The position numbers and the translations under genes were made by a program. A stretch of DNA of 64,000 nt from a virus (taxonomy: Duplodnaviria; Caudoviricetes): positions 1-64,000 of IMG/VR virus record IMGVR_UViG_2934748790_000001; one strand, written 5' to 3'. The number at the start of each line of letters is the position of its first letter. Position 1 is the first letter of the stretch. This document shows positions 19,399 through 29,229 of the stretch, one piece after another. A model generated the notes under the pieces. That model saw nothing but the letters and a program-made list of their open reading frames with translations. It ran no database searches and was not told the origin of the DNA.

Positions 19399-20001
19399 CT
19401 ACGCGGTGATCTCGAACTCGCCCCGGTCCGGGTTGTAGACCGCCCGGTCGGCGAAAGCCTCCAAGAGCGTGCGAACGTCCGGCGCGAAGTGCTCGGGGTC
19501 GATCGGCCAGACCTCGTGGGTGGGGAAGCGATCGTCACGCGGGTACCCAGGGCCGAGCACGAAGTGGGACCGGGCCGCGCCGCCCTGCGGGGTCCAGAGC
19601 ACGATGCGGTGATCCTCGACCGCACCCTCCCGCACGTGCGCTTCCAGACGTCGATCGACGGCGAGCAGGCCCGGGTTGGAGAAGTTGCCGCTCTTGGTCT
19701 CGACGATCTGCTCCACCCACAGGCCGGGCACCAGCTCCGCTCGGGTGAGCGGCCGGTACGACCGCTGGATGATGGCCCGTCGCATCGCGCGCCGCGTCCG
19801 CTCGGAAAGGGCGGGGTCGGGCCGGTCGGCGATTTCGCCCGCCGGAATGGGCGGGCGGGTGCCCGGACGGCTACCGCCGTACACGTAGGGCTTGGACACC
19901 TCGACCGGCTCGAACCGTCCGGCGGGGCCGGTTGCCGGGCCGCGTACATGTGCCGCCTGCCGGGCTTCCTTGCGGTAAATGCCATCGCGCCGCGAGTTCA
20001 T
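19399..20001 (-). CDS. Phage hypothetical protein
   Basis: ATGA coupling. Confidence 0.65.
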   Translation of the reverse strand: MNSRRDGIYRKEARQAAHVRGPATGPAGRFEPVEVSKPYVYGGSRPGTRPPIPAGEIADRPDPALSERTRRAMRRAIIQRSYRPLTRAELVPGLWVEQIVETKSGNFSNPGLLAVDRRLEAHVREGAVEDHRIVLWTPQGGAARSHFVLGPGYPRDDRFPTHEVWPIDPEHFAPDVRTLLEAFADRAVYNPDRGEFEITA

Positions 20002-20276
20002 GCCTGTGCTCCGATCTTGTCGTCGAAGGTGCGCGCCTTGAACATGTCGGGCGCGGCGGCGTTGTAGGGGTGCTCGGCGATCTGTCGCCAGTCCAGGGCC
20101 GTGGAACGGCCGTGGTTCATGGCCACGAGCAATCCGGCGGCGAGACCCATCAGGTATTCGATGTCCGGGGCGGTGATCGGGTAGAACCCGACCGTTTCGG
20201 CCGTGAAGGTGTCGTAGACCTCCACCGTGAATACGGTCACCGTCGGGAACGGCGGGGGGTCGATCGGGAGCGTCAT
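19998..20276 (-). CDS. Small phage protein
   Basis: GAGGA RBS. Confidence 0.65.
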   Translation of the reverse strand: MTLPIDPPPFPTVTVFTVEVYDTFTAETVGFYPITAPDIEYLMGLAAGLLVAMNHGRSTALDWRQIAEHPYNAAAPDMFKARTFDDKIGAQA

Positions 20277-20287
20277 GCTGCTGTCCT

Positions 20288-20773
20288 CTATCCGTATTGG
20301 AAGATCACGGGGGCTACGCGTCGGTCGGTGCGGGGGTTCTCCGGCGGGATTTCGGAGGCGGAAAAGGTGGGGGGCTGAATCGGATCGACCGGAGCCGACT
20401 CGCGCGGGTACTCCTCCTGCACAATGCGGACCGGCCTGCGAAGAAACGCGGCGTTGCGGTCGCGTCCACGCTCGGCCTCGTCGCGGGAAAGCGCCCACGA
20501 CTCACGCCCGGTCATCGGCTCGAATCCCTTGCCGTCGCCCCAGTCCATTTCCAGGCGGAACGTCGGTGCGGCAGCGATGGACCAGACGATGCGTCCGGCC
20601 ATGTCGATCAGGCGGACCCCGCCAATCCACACGTGCGGGTAGGCGTTGTAGAACCGGCGGGCGTCCCGGATAGCGCGGGCCTTTTCGGCGTCCGTCGTGC
20701 CCCAGAGCTGACCGGAATACGTGCACCAGACGCGCCGCGCGTCGAAGTGCTCAAGACGCAGCGTCCCGCTCAT
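20288..20773 (-). CDS. Phage hypothetical protein
   Basis: ATGA coupling. Confidence 0.65.
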   Translation of the reverse strand: MSGTLRLEHFDARRVWCTYSGQLWGTTDAEKARAIRDARRFYNAYPHVWIGGVRLIDMAGRIVWSIAAAPTFRLEMDWGDGKGFEPMTGRESWALSRDEAERGRDRNAAFLRRPVRIVQEEYPRESAPVDPIQPPTFSASEIPPENPRTDRRVAPVIFQYG

Positions 20774-21129
20774 CGGGTCGGCTCCCACAGGTAGCGGACG
20801 GAGTACGGGTTCGACGCGTCGTAGGCGTCGGTCCGGATCAGCACCCGCTCATATACCGACGTCGGGCCGATCCGGCGTCCGCGCACCTGTTCCGGGGTGC
20901 GGTTGACGCACTGCCGGATCACGCGACGGATACGGGTGCGCGCCTCGCACGCCTCGCGGTGCAGTTTGGCGACGGTCTCCGACGTCACCCTGTCGTCCAT
21001 TCGCTGCAACTTCCGCAGTGCAGGCAGGGTGACTGCCGCGCTCGCGAGTCGGCACTGTCCGCCGAATCCGCCGCGCATTTCGTCGCGCACCAGGCGTTGA
21101 GCCGCTGCGCGCTTGAGCCGGTCACTCAT
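20770..21129 (-). CDS. Basic phage protein
   Basis: AGGAGG RBS. Confidence 0.7.
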   Translation of the reverse strand: MSDRLKRAAAQRLVRDEMRGGFGGQCRLASAAVTLPALRKLQRMDDRVTSETVAKLHREACEARTRIRRVIRQCVNRTPEQVRGRRIGPTSVYERVLIRTDAYDASNPYSVRYLWEPTR

Positions 21130-21226
21130 GAACTGCCACCTCCTTTCGTTTTCGGGCATGAAAAAGGGCCGCGCCCGGGACGATTTCTCGCCCGGCCTGC
21201 GGCCCTCCGATGTGCCTAGCTTGCTG

Positions 21227-21772
21227 TTAGTCGCCCGTCGAGTAACGGACCGACGCACCGTGCTTTCGCGCGTAGATCGTGCGACGTCCGCCCTCGACGT
21301 TGATCACGCCGACCAAACGCCACCCGGGGTTGCCGTACTGGTGGTGCACGATGCGCATCGCTGCCGCCCGCATCTCCCTGTCCAGTTCGGCGGCCTTGAT
21401 CGGCGTGTGCACGCGCGTGCGCAGTTCCGGGGCGGGCAGCACCTTGACCGGCTCCGCCGTCGCGTCCGGCGCGGGGGTGCCCGTGGCGGCCTGCCAGATG
21501 GAGCGCTTCGGCATGTCGGACGGCTTGGCCGCGTCCCGGGCGGGGGTGTTCGGGAGGACCGACGGGGAGCGCTTGGCCGCGAACGTGGCCGATACGGTCT
21601 CGCGCGTCCGGGTCATGTTGTCCGCCGCGAGCATCCCCAAGGACGAGTGCATGCCCGTGGCCTCGAACTCAGCGGCGCGCATGTGGTCCAGGAAACCGAG
21701 GGAGGTCCGGCGCGCGTTGGCGTTCCGCTTACGCTGCGCACGCTTGCGGGCGCGGGTGGTGGAACGACTCAT
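21227..21772 (-). CDS. Arg-rich basic phage protein
   Basis: AGGAG RBS; RARKRAQRKR N-terminus. Confidence 0.7.
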   Translation of the reverse strand: MSRSTTRARKRAQRKRNANARRTSLGFLDHMRAAEFEATGMHSSLGMLAADNMTRTRETVSATFAAKRSPSVLPNTPARDAAKPSDMPKRSIWQAATGTPAPDATAEPVKVLPAPELRTRVHTPIKAAELDREMRAAAMRIVHHQYGNPGWRLVGVINVEGGRRTIYARKHGASVRYSTGD

Positions 21773-22272
21773 AATTCTTTGATCTCCTTTTCCAAGTTGC
21801 GCACGGTTCGCCGAATGTCCTTGACCAAAACGGCGTAGGTGTCGCGGGCGATTCCGGTAGCGGCGCGCTGCTTTTCCAGCGCGTAGTCTCGCGCCGCGCG
21901 AGCGTCCGCCTTGACACGCATGTCATATACGGGCGACGTTGCGTCAACGCGCATGAGGAACTGATATCCGCTGTTGTCCGAATGCCCCATGCCCCGCGCG
22001 TACGATCCGGGCGCATAGGTGGGGGAGTTACCCAAGTCCGTAGGAGCATCCGAGACGATGTGACGCTTAGGGGTACGGAGGTTCTTACCCGTGTGGCGCT
22101 TGTGGGGCGCGTTGACCTTTGCGCCCGTCCGGTCACCGCGAAGATTGATCTTCCCCCGGTAGTCAACGCGGTGAGTCTTCGCCTTGTGGCTACGGGTGTC
22201 CGGGGTAACCGTGGTTCGGGGAAGCGGGGGGCCGAAAGAAACTGTCGGCGCTCCGTAGTAACTACCGGCCAT
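21769..22272 (-). CDS. Basic phage protein, first gene of leftward array
   Basis: AAAGGA RBS; atypical codon usage. Confidence 0.6.
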   Translation of the reverse strand: MAGSYYGAPTVSFGPPLPRTTVTPDTRSHKAKTHRVDYRGKINLRGDRTGAKVNAPHKRHTGKNLRTPKRHIVSDAPTDLGNSPTYAPGSYARGMGHSDNSGYQFLMRVDATSPVYDMRVKADARAARDYALEKQRAATGIARDTYAVLVKDIRRTVRNLEKEIKEL

Positions 22273-22289
22273 GTCGTTTTCCTTTCCTG

Positions 22290-23270
22290 TGAGATTCAGC
22301 CGCTGTCAGATGAGTACGCGCCCTAGGTCTCGCACCTAGTCAGATCACCCAATGTTCCGGGCGTCAGAGCTATATTCACGCGTGCCATTTCCTCTTTGGG
22401 TTTGTGTCGCTCATGGCATCCACCCATGACCCCGCATCCACGGTCGGTCATTTGGGGGAGGGAATCCGAGCACGTGTGACACTCTCCCCCTGCCAAGGGG
22501 GGTGCCTACGCGGTAGTGGTTCTTTGGGGGGTGTCCGGCACTATTGACCCTTTCGAGCCGCCATTCACCCATGCGGCGAGTCTCCGCAGCATGGTTCAAC
22601 GGGCATTGACGTCATCCGGGAGGACCCTAGCTATGTCCCCTGCCGATTTCTGCCGTAACCAGCCGCCTACTAGGGCACCCCTAGCGGTTCGGTTCTGTCG
22701 TCCCGTGTTACCGGTCCCCCTGCCGTTGCACGTATCCGCGCACAGCTCAAGATTCCGTTGTAATGTCTCGTGATTTCGAAAGTTCATGAGCACGGTAAAC
22801 CGCGCGGTGAAATCACCGGTGAGACACTACGTCCCTACACAACTACCTTTCGTGTCCAGAAAGCGCCGCTCACGCTCCGACCCCACCACAGGGCTTTACC
22901 GATCCGTGGTCGGGCACCCACGCTTCACAGCGTTGGTACGCGACTGACGAAACGGCCGTCCGGAAGTGACGCGCCCGCAGAAATGTGTGTTCTGCTTTTG
23001 GCCTTGCGCAGGCCGCGCCACGATGGGACGGGAGAATGGCAACCGAGACCGTAAAGGCTTAAATGATGTCCCCTAAGAAACCAGGGACTTAGCCACGGTC
23101 ACGCGCGGGGAGGAAATATCACCGCGAGTGCCAGGAACCGGGTTAGGACCGGCGTCACACCCGCTAAGCGCACGGGTGCCCAAGAGCACAGGGAGGGAAT
23201 TTCCCTCCGCGTTAATCACCTTCCTTTCGCGCCCCCCGCGTCCGCCGGAGTGGCGGGCTGTCGTGGTGAC
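22290..23270 (-). ncRNA. Putative ~1 kb structured leader or large ncRNA
   Basis: No credible ORF; many hairpins; lies between a predicted promoter and the first leftward ATG. Confidence 0.45.
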
Positions 23271-23310
23271 AAGGAAGACACTACGGGTACAGAGAGCCCT
23301 TCTGTACCCC
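23271..23310 (-). promoter_or_regulatory. Leftward promoter (TAGTGT -10) with overlapping palindromic operator
   Basis: TAGTGT at 23283-23278; GGGTACAGA-GAGCCCT-TCTGTACCC inverted repeat at 23285-23309. Confidence 0.55.
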
Positions 23311-24658
23311 TTTACTGTAGCCGTGTGGGCACAGAGAGTATTTACGCAGGTCAGCGGCGGTGTATTGGCCTAAAGAATCTTGGAAACCTAGGGAGAATCT
23401 CAAATGTTGAGACGACTGGGCGGCCCGTTTCGCCCCATAAAGTCAGCACAAGACGCGTTATACCGCCTAGTTCCTTACTAGGTACGGCGTGACGGATAAT
23501 AAGCAGGCAAACCGGACCCAAGATTCACAAGCGCGCATGATTATCACGACAACCCCAAAAAGGGCCCCTGACCTGCACTTTCGCCTTTTTCCTGACTGGC
23601 CGTCAGGTGTGCGAGCGGGCGACGACCGCGACAGCCGAAAACACGGAGAGTGGCGAATTCCGCCGAAAATCGGGGAAGAATTACGCTACGTGTCCGCGTC
23701 CCTGTATGCCTGCCTGCGGCCCTCTCCTCCCCCGGGGGTCCGTCGCTCCGGCCAGTCCCCCCGGGGGACTCACGCGTCCGGCCACGGGTCCGCGCGGCAT
23801 CGCTCCGGCTGTACCGTCCGGCCGTACCGGGCCCGTGCGTCGCGCTGCCTGCCCGCGTGAGAGCCTGTCTCGGCGTGCGCGCCCGACGGTCCCCCCGTGC
23901 CGGACGGCACGGCAGAACGGCGCACAGCAGCCCGCCCCCACAAAGAGGGCATGACGGACACGCCCCAGAAAATGCCAGGGCGCAAAAATTCGGGGGGTCT
24001 GGGGCGTCTGCCTTCTATCTCCACGTATGGGAGAGAGGCGAGGTATACCGTGCTCGCCCTGGTACGGGGCTCATGCGCGGCATATGCGCTTAAGCGGCTT
24101 AGGTGGAGTGTGCGGGACTACGAGGTGGTAACTACCCCTTGCCCCGCTCTAGAGCGTATGCCAGGGGTGCAACATATGAGTCGGTACACACTATTTAGGC
24201 AGTACCTGCGGCCTTGCCCTGCTTAGTGCGCCTGTGCCCTGCTATGCGCGCGCTTCACCTTACGTCCGTATTTGCTGAGCAAAGAGGAATGCGCCCTCCG
24301 CTTGTGTCGCTGCGCGTGAGGGATCATTTACGCTGCGCTCACCATTGCGCATGGTAGCTGGAACTACCGTGCGTAAGAACGGGCATGTCCGTTCAAGCAT
24401 GACTTAGCCGACATGGGGGGCCTTTGCGCCGTATCAGGGCGCACGCCACAATCACCCCTAACCCCCATGAAGCTGTCCTTACCCGTGGAAACGGACAAAT
24501 AGGTGACGTATCCCTGCAAAGGGGACCCCCCACCATTAAACGGGCGAAACGGACAGCCGGGCCCCCTGACCCGTCTTGCGAATATCGACCCTAGACCAAA
24601 AGGCAGTGTCACGGCCGACGGCAGTGGCCGTGGGCGCAGAGCAGGTGGGGGACCGCCC

Positions 24659-24859
24659 TCAGTGAACCAAGGGCTCCACCACGCACGCGAGCCCGCCGGC
24701 TTCGAGGGCCTCGGGCAGCAGGTTGTCTTTCACGTACTCGTCCAGGTCGTCGTGGCCGCATTGGCGGACCCAGTCGGCCGGCAGCATGGTGTCGTGCCTG
24801 TACACGCTCCCGGCGAACGTGACATGCAGGCGTACCGGATGATCATGTCCAGCGCTCAT
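24659..24859 (-). CDS. Small leaderless protein
   Basis: TAGAAT-6nt-ATG. Confidence 0.55.
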   Translation of the reverse strand: MSAGHDHPVRLHVTFAGSVYRHDTMLPADWVRQCGHDDLDEYVKDNLLPEALEAGGLACVVEPLVH

Positions 24860-25034
24860 GGCGGAATTCTACGTGCGCGCGGCAGACAACCGCCGACAGT
24901 GCGAATTCAGTTCGATAAATACTCGTCGCGGGTCGCCGGCCTCGCGGCCGGCTTGCATCTGCACAAGCCGACAACGTGCCATGGCAATTGCCAACTCTGC
25001 TGCGCGAACTACGCTCGCCTGAAATTCTGGTTGC

Positions 25035-25280
25035 ATGGCTAGAACAACTCGAACGACGCACGTGGTAGCCGGTCCCCCGCCACCGGCTTTCGACGCAGTA
25101 CCCGGTTGTCCCGGCTGCGCTGGCATCCTGTCCGTGGCCAGCTCCGCCTGGAGGCTCGGCTACACGCTCGCGTGGCTGGACTGGGGGTCGCGGGGCGACA
25201 CGCACCTACTCCGAGAGCATCTCGACGACGACCGGCTCGACCCCGGTTTCCTGGCGACTGCACGTAGTCAGGGGTACTGA
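25035..25280 (+). CDS. Small Zn-binding protein
   Basis: CPGC ... HLxxEH. Confidence 0.5.
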   Translation: MARTTRTTHVVAGPPPPAFDAVPGCPGCAGILSVASSAWRLGYTLAWLDWGSRGDTHLLREHLDDDRLDPGFLATARSQGY

Positions 25281-25299
25281 ACTGCCTTGAGGAGCCGCG

Positions 25300-25539
25300 C
25301 TACTTCTGCCGGCGCGACCTCATGCCCCAGAGGGGGACCAGGGGCCACAGGAGCAGCATGGCGGGATACCCGACGGCGACGGCGACGGCCGCGAAGATGG
25401 GCATCAACGTGGTGCCGTCGGGTCCCGAGAGCGCTTCAGTGAAGATTTTCTGCGGGGTGAGGTGTTGCGTTGTCAGGTACGCCATGCCGACGCAGCCGTA
25501 CGCGGTGAGGCCGAGGATCACGGACAGTGGATCGGTCAT
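25300..25539 (-). CDS. Small two-TM membrane protein
   Basis: Two hydrophobic segments, basic C-terminus; TACCGT-6nt-ATG. Confidence 0.65.
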   Translation of the reverse strand: MTDPLSVILGLTAYGCVGMAYLTTQHLTPQKIFTEALSGPDGTTLMPIFAAVAVAVGYPAMLLLWPLVPLWGMRSRRQK

Positions 25540-25780
25540 GACTGCACGGTAGCGGGTACGGCTGCGCGTGTGGCTCTACGTGGTGCTGGGTGCCGGTATG
25601 CCGAGTTGACGGGGCATCACCGGTGGTTCTCCTTGCGCGGGTCTTCCTTCCGGTTCCAGGGGTACATCCGGGGCCACAGCATCAACAAGCCGGAGTGGCC
25701 CAGGGCGGACGCGATGGACTCGAAGACGGCCGTCAGCGTGTCTGGGTGTTGGCCGTGCCGTTCCTCGTCCGGTCGGGGAT

Positions 25781-26158
25781 TCATGACAGGCCGCCGATCG
25801 GTACGCGAGGTAGCGCTCCCTTGCGGATGCGTCGGCGGTGTCGTCGTTCTTCGCGCCGGTTTGCTTTGGGGTTGCCCCAGATTCGGTGGTAGTGCCATGG
25901 CTTGCGGACGTTGAGGCACTGTCCCGACGGGTAGTAGCGCGGCTCGCAGAAGAGTCGCCTGGGGCGCGGTCGGTGGCACAGGCAGCAGATGACGACGCCA
26001 TCAGCGTCCAACTTGGCGTTCATGGTCGCTTTCAGGCGGTCTAGCGTGCGCTGGCAGCGGGCCTCTTCTTCCTCGGGGGTGAGCTGGGGCATTGAGGCTC
26101 GCCACAGGTCGCCGTAGGCGGTGAGCAACTCTTCGACGCCCAGGTTGGGTTGAGTCAT
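25781..26158 (-). CDS. Hypothetical protein
   Basis: TATGCT-6nt-ATG; C-terminal half uncertain. Confidence 0.5.
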   Translation of the reverse strand: MTQPNLGVEELLTAYGDLWRASMPQLTPEEEEARCQRTLDRLKATMNAKLDADGVVICCLCHRPRPRRLFCEPRYYPSGQCLNVRKPWHYHRIWGNPKANRREERRHRRRIRKGALPRVPIGGLS

Positions 26159-26174
26159 GGCGGCAGCATAGTGA

Positions 26175-26208
26175 TGCAATCGCACTTGCGCTTGCAGTTG
26201 CGATAGCA
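26175..26208. promoter_or_regulatory. Triple TGC-N4-GCA operator array
   Basis: 12-bp period; related arrays at 26827, 30592, 31133, 37877. Confidence 0.7.
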
Positions 26209-26224
26209 CCCTTAAGATTCCGGC

Positions 26225-26785
26225 ATGACTTCAACTGAGCGTCCCCCTATCCCTGTAGAGCGACTCGGCGCCGCCTTGGACGCCTTGGGCTGGAATCCCG
26301 CTCCCAGCTCGACTCGGCCGGCGACGCGAGCCGAGATGCTGGGGATGCTGCGCCTGATCGTCGAAGCAGAGGTGCATGGACTGGTCGGTAATCCGACCGA
26401 GGAGGCAGAGGAGGCTGTCGGTTACGGGATGGCGCTCGACACGCGGACGCTCGACGGCGCGATCGACCCCGAGGACTATGCGCGGCGGAACATCTATCTG
26501 CGACTGACGCTCGCCGGGAGTCGTCTGAACCGGGCGGGCACCGAGGTCTCCGTTCTCGTCACCGAGGCGGACAAAGTGGGCGACATGGCGGGCAAGGCCG
26601 TGTGGTCCCTGGTGGAGGCCGCGCTTCAGCTCATGCGGATTCCGGCCACGTTGAACAGCGAGACCGAGGAGTTTGGCGCCCCCGTGGTGGTGCGAGCTGC
26701 CGTCCTGGAGGCCGAACCCCGCCTTCGCGAGGCGCGGAAACACCTGGGTAACTGTCTGAAGCGGTTGAAGCAGCTCGGCTATTGA
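26225..26785 (+). CDS. Helical hypothetical protein
   Basis: TAAGAT-6nt-ATG. Confidence 0.7.
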   Translation: MTSTERPPIPVERLGAALDALGWNPAPSSTRPATRAEMLGMLRLIVEAEVHGLVGNPTEEAEEAVGYGMALDTRTLDGAIDPEDYARRNIYLRLTLAGSRLNRAGTEVSVLVTEADKVGDMAGKAVWSLVEAALQLMRIPATLNSETEEFGAPVVVRAAVLEAEPRLREARKHLGNCLKRLKQLGY

Positions 26786-26826
26786 CGCCTGGCTGCCTCC
26801 GTGGGCCGACTGGGGTGACCCGCATC

Positions 26827-26860
26827 TGCGGTCGCAAGTGCGGTCGCAGTTGCGTACGCA
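26827..26860. promoter_or_regulatory. Triple TGC-N4-GCA operator array
   Basis: TGCGGTCGCA-AG-TGCGGTCGCA-GT-TGCGTACGCA upstream of EEP gene. Confidence 0.7.
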
Positions 26861-26926
26861 GGGCGTTTATCGATTGTTCATCGCCGTCGGTCACGGTCCT
26901 GCTCGTCAGTAACCGAGGGGAGTAGC

Positions 26927-27967
26927 ATGAGTTCAAAGAGTGACAACGTCTTGCGGTTCGGGTTCCTGAACCTGGAGGTGGACGGGGGCCCCGACGAGAG
27001 TCCGGGCGTCGCCCCGGCGCGATGGCGAGAGGCCCACGACCTGCTGGCATCCCGCCAGTTCGACTGGTTGGGGCGTGCTGAGATGACGTACTCCCAGCCG
27101 GCCCCGGCCCCCCTGGAGGCGTCCGAGGAGGAGAAGGCCGCTGCGACGGCGAATCGGGCTGCGGCCGACCGGCGCTTCCATGATGCTCAGCGGGTGCTCG
27201 GCATGCGGGGATTCCGGTCGCCCGCCGCCCAGGGCAACAACCCGACCGGGATGTTTGTGCGTGAGTCCACCTTCGATGTGTTGTCGCGGCGCGACCAGCT
27301 CGCTGTGTGGCGTACTCCGCCGACAAGCGTGAAGCTCCGGCTGCGCGGCGGACCGCGCACTGAGATCGAAACGGTGGCCTGGCACAACTCCTTCTGCTCG
27401 CCAGCGTGCCGGGAAGCCGAGGCAGATGAGTTGTCGCATCTGGTCGACAAGGTGCAGGCGAAATGGGGCGCCGACCCCCAGCGTTCCTGGTCGGCCTTTC
27501 TCGGGGCTGGGGACTGCAACGAGTACCCGGTGCCTGCGGGAGAGAGCGTGCCGCCGATCGACTGGGCACACCCGGAGATCACGGACCGGGTGCACCGCCG
27601 GCACCGTGCCCGTCAGCAGGCGGATGGGTCGTGGAGGTCGTGCGACTACCTCGACAGCCTGATGCTGGATGCGGGTATGTGGGACCCAGCGCGGTTCGCT
27701 GCGCATCGGCTCGGTCGGTCCGACGCACTCCGCGCCACGGCCGGCCGTGAGACGGTCGGGCAGGGCGGGGATCAGCGGATCGACCGTTTCTACATGGACC
27801 CGTGGACCGTGCAGGCGGTGGTGGAGGTGAACGTCATCTCGATGGTCGGCCTCACCGATCACGAGCTCGTGGAGGTGCTGGTGTCGCGGTACGAGTATGC
27901 GGAGGGCCTGGGTCGGCTGTTCGATCCGCTGGAGCCGTGGGAGTTGGCCGCGCGCTTCGCAGTTTGA
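26927..27967 (+). CDS. Endonuclease/exonuclease/phosphatase (EEP) family protein
   Basis: FLN, AE, WH, GDCN, RIDRF and TDH catalytic motifs. Confidence 0.85.
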   Translation: MSSKSDNVLRFGFLNLEVDGGPDESPGVAPARWREAHDLLASRQFDWLGRAEMTYSQPAPAPLEASEEEKAAATANRAAADRRFHDAQRVLGMRGFRSPAAQGNNPTGMFVRESTFDVLSRRDQLAVWRTPPTSVKLRLRGGPRTEIETVAWHNSFCSPACREAEADELSHLVDKVQAKWGADPQRSWSAFLGAGDCNEYPVPAGESVPPIDWAHPEITDRVHRRHRARQQADGSWRSCDYLDSLMLDAGMWDPARFAAHRLGRSDALRATAGRETVGQGGDQRIDRFYMDPWTVQAVVEVNVISMVGLTDHELVEVLVSRYEYAEGLGRLFDPLEPWELAARFAV

Positions 27968-28062
27968 TGGTTGCCGGTGCCGGGGGTCGACAGCTCTCGG
28001 CACCGGTTTCTGCGTGGCAGGCGAAGCTACACTTCTACGCGCGTAGGCGCTAGGGTGCGCAG

Positions 28063-29181
28063 ATGACGAGCCAGACACTCATTTCGCCCACCCTGGACCA
28101 GATCCGGCGCGCTCCCAAGGTGCTGCTCCACGACCACCTCGACGGCGGCCTGCGGCCGGGCACGATCATCGAGCTGGCCCGCGCGCAGGGTTACGACTCC
28201 CTCCCCGAGACCGAGGCCGACAAGCTCGGCGTCTGGTTCCGCGAGGCCGCCGATTCCGGTTCGCTGGAGCGCTACCTGGAGACGTTCGCCCACACCTGCG
28301 CCGTCATGCAGACCCGTGACGCGCTGTTCCGGGTGGCCGCCGAGTGCGCCGAGGACCTCGCCGAGGACGGCGTCGTCTACGCCGAGATCCGCTACGCCCC
28401 CGAGCAGCACCTGGAGGGCGGCCTGTCCCTCGAAGAGGTCGTCGAGGCCGTCAACGAGGGCTTCCGCGAGGGCGAGCGCATCGCCCGCGCCAACGGCCAC
28501 CGCATCCGCGTCGGCGCCCTCCTCACCGCGATGCGGCACGCCGCCCGCGCACTGGAGATCGCCGAACTCGCCAACAGCTACCGCGACCAGGGTGTCGTCG
28601 GCTTCGACATCGCGGGCGCCGAGGCCGGGTTCCCGCCCACCCGTCACCTCGACGCGTTCGAGTACCTCAAGCGCGAGAACAACCACTTCACGATCCACGC
28701 GGGCGAGGCGTTCGGCCTGCCGTCGATCTGGCAGGCGCTCCAGTGGTGCGGCGCCGACCGCCTCGGCCACGGCGTGCGGATCATCGACGACATCGAGGTC
28801 GCCGATGACGGCTCGGTCACCCTCGGCCGCCTCGCCTCCTACGTACGGGACAAGCGCATCCCGCTGGAGATGTGCCCGACCTCCAACCTCCAGACCGGCG
28901 CGGCCACCTCGTACGCCGAGCACCCGATCGGACTGCTGCGCAAGCTGCACTTCCGGGTCACCGTGAACACGGACAACCGGCTGATGAGCGGCACGAGCAT
29001 GAGCCGGGAATTCGAGCTGCTGACCGAGGCATTCGGTTACACGCTGACGGATTTTGAGTGGTTTTCGGTGAATGCTTTGAAGTCTGCCTTCATCCCGTTC
29101 GATGAGCGGCTCGCGATGATCAACGAGGTCGTCAAGCCTGGGTATGCGGCCCTTCGTGCTGAGTGGCTTTTCTCTCGGTAG
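28063..29181 (+). CDS. add: Adenosine deaminase (phage-borne complete copy)
   Basis: LHDHLDG, TIHAGE, RLGHG, EMCPTSN, NTDN motifs. Confidence 0.97.
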   Translation: MTSQTLISPTLDQIRRAPKVLLHDHLDGGLRPGTIIELARAQGYDSLPETEADKLGVWFREAADSGSLERYLETFAHTCAVMQTRDALFRVAAECAEDLAEDGVVYAEIRYAPEQHLEGGLSLEEVVEAVNEGFREGERIARANGHRIRVGALLTAMRHAARALEIAELANSYRDQGVVGFDIAGAEAGFPPTRHLDAFEYLKRENNHFTIHAGEAFGLPSIWQALQWCGADRLGHGVRIIDDIEVADDGSVTLGRLASYVRDKRIPLEMCPTSNLQTGAATSYAEHPIGLLRKLHFRVTVNTDNRLMSGTSMSREFELLTEAFGYTLTDFEWFSVNALKSAFIPFDERLAMINEVVKPGYAALRAEWLFSR

Positions 29182-29197
29182 TGATGGAAATGCTGGC

Positions 29198-29228
29198 GGG
29201 GGCCGGGACGTAGCCAGTCCCGGCCCCC
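29198..29228. terminator. Terminator between add and the convergent ncRNA unit
   Basis: GGGGGCCGGGAC-7nt-GTCCCGGCCCCC. Confidence 0.85.
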
Positions 29229-29229
29229 T

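Noticed and set aside
22411-24612. Short ORFs called in the 22.4-24.6 kb gap
   Set aside because: No GC3 bias, no RBS, mutually overlapping and low-complexity translations.
29040-29181. This add 3' end as the partner att junction of the prophage
   Set aside because: Wrong orientation, phage genes on both sides, and divergence begins upstream of the junction position seen at 588.
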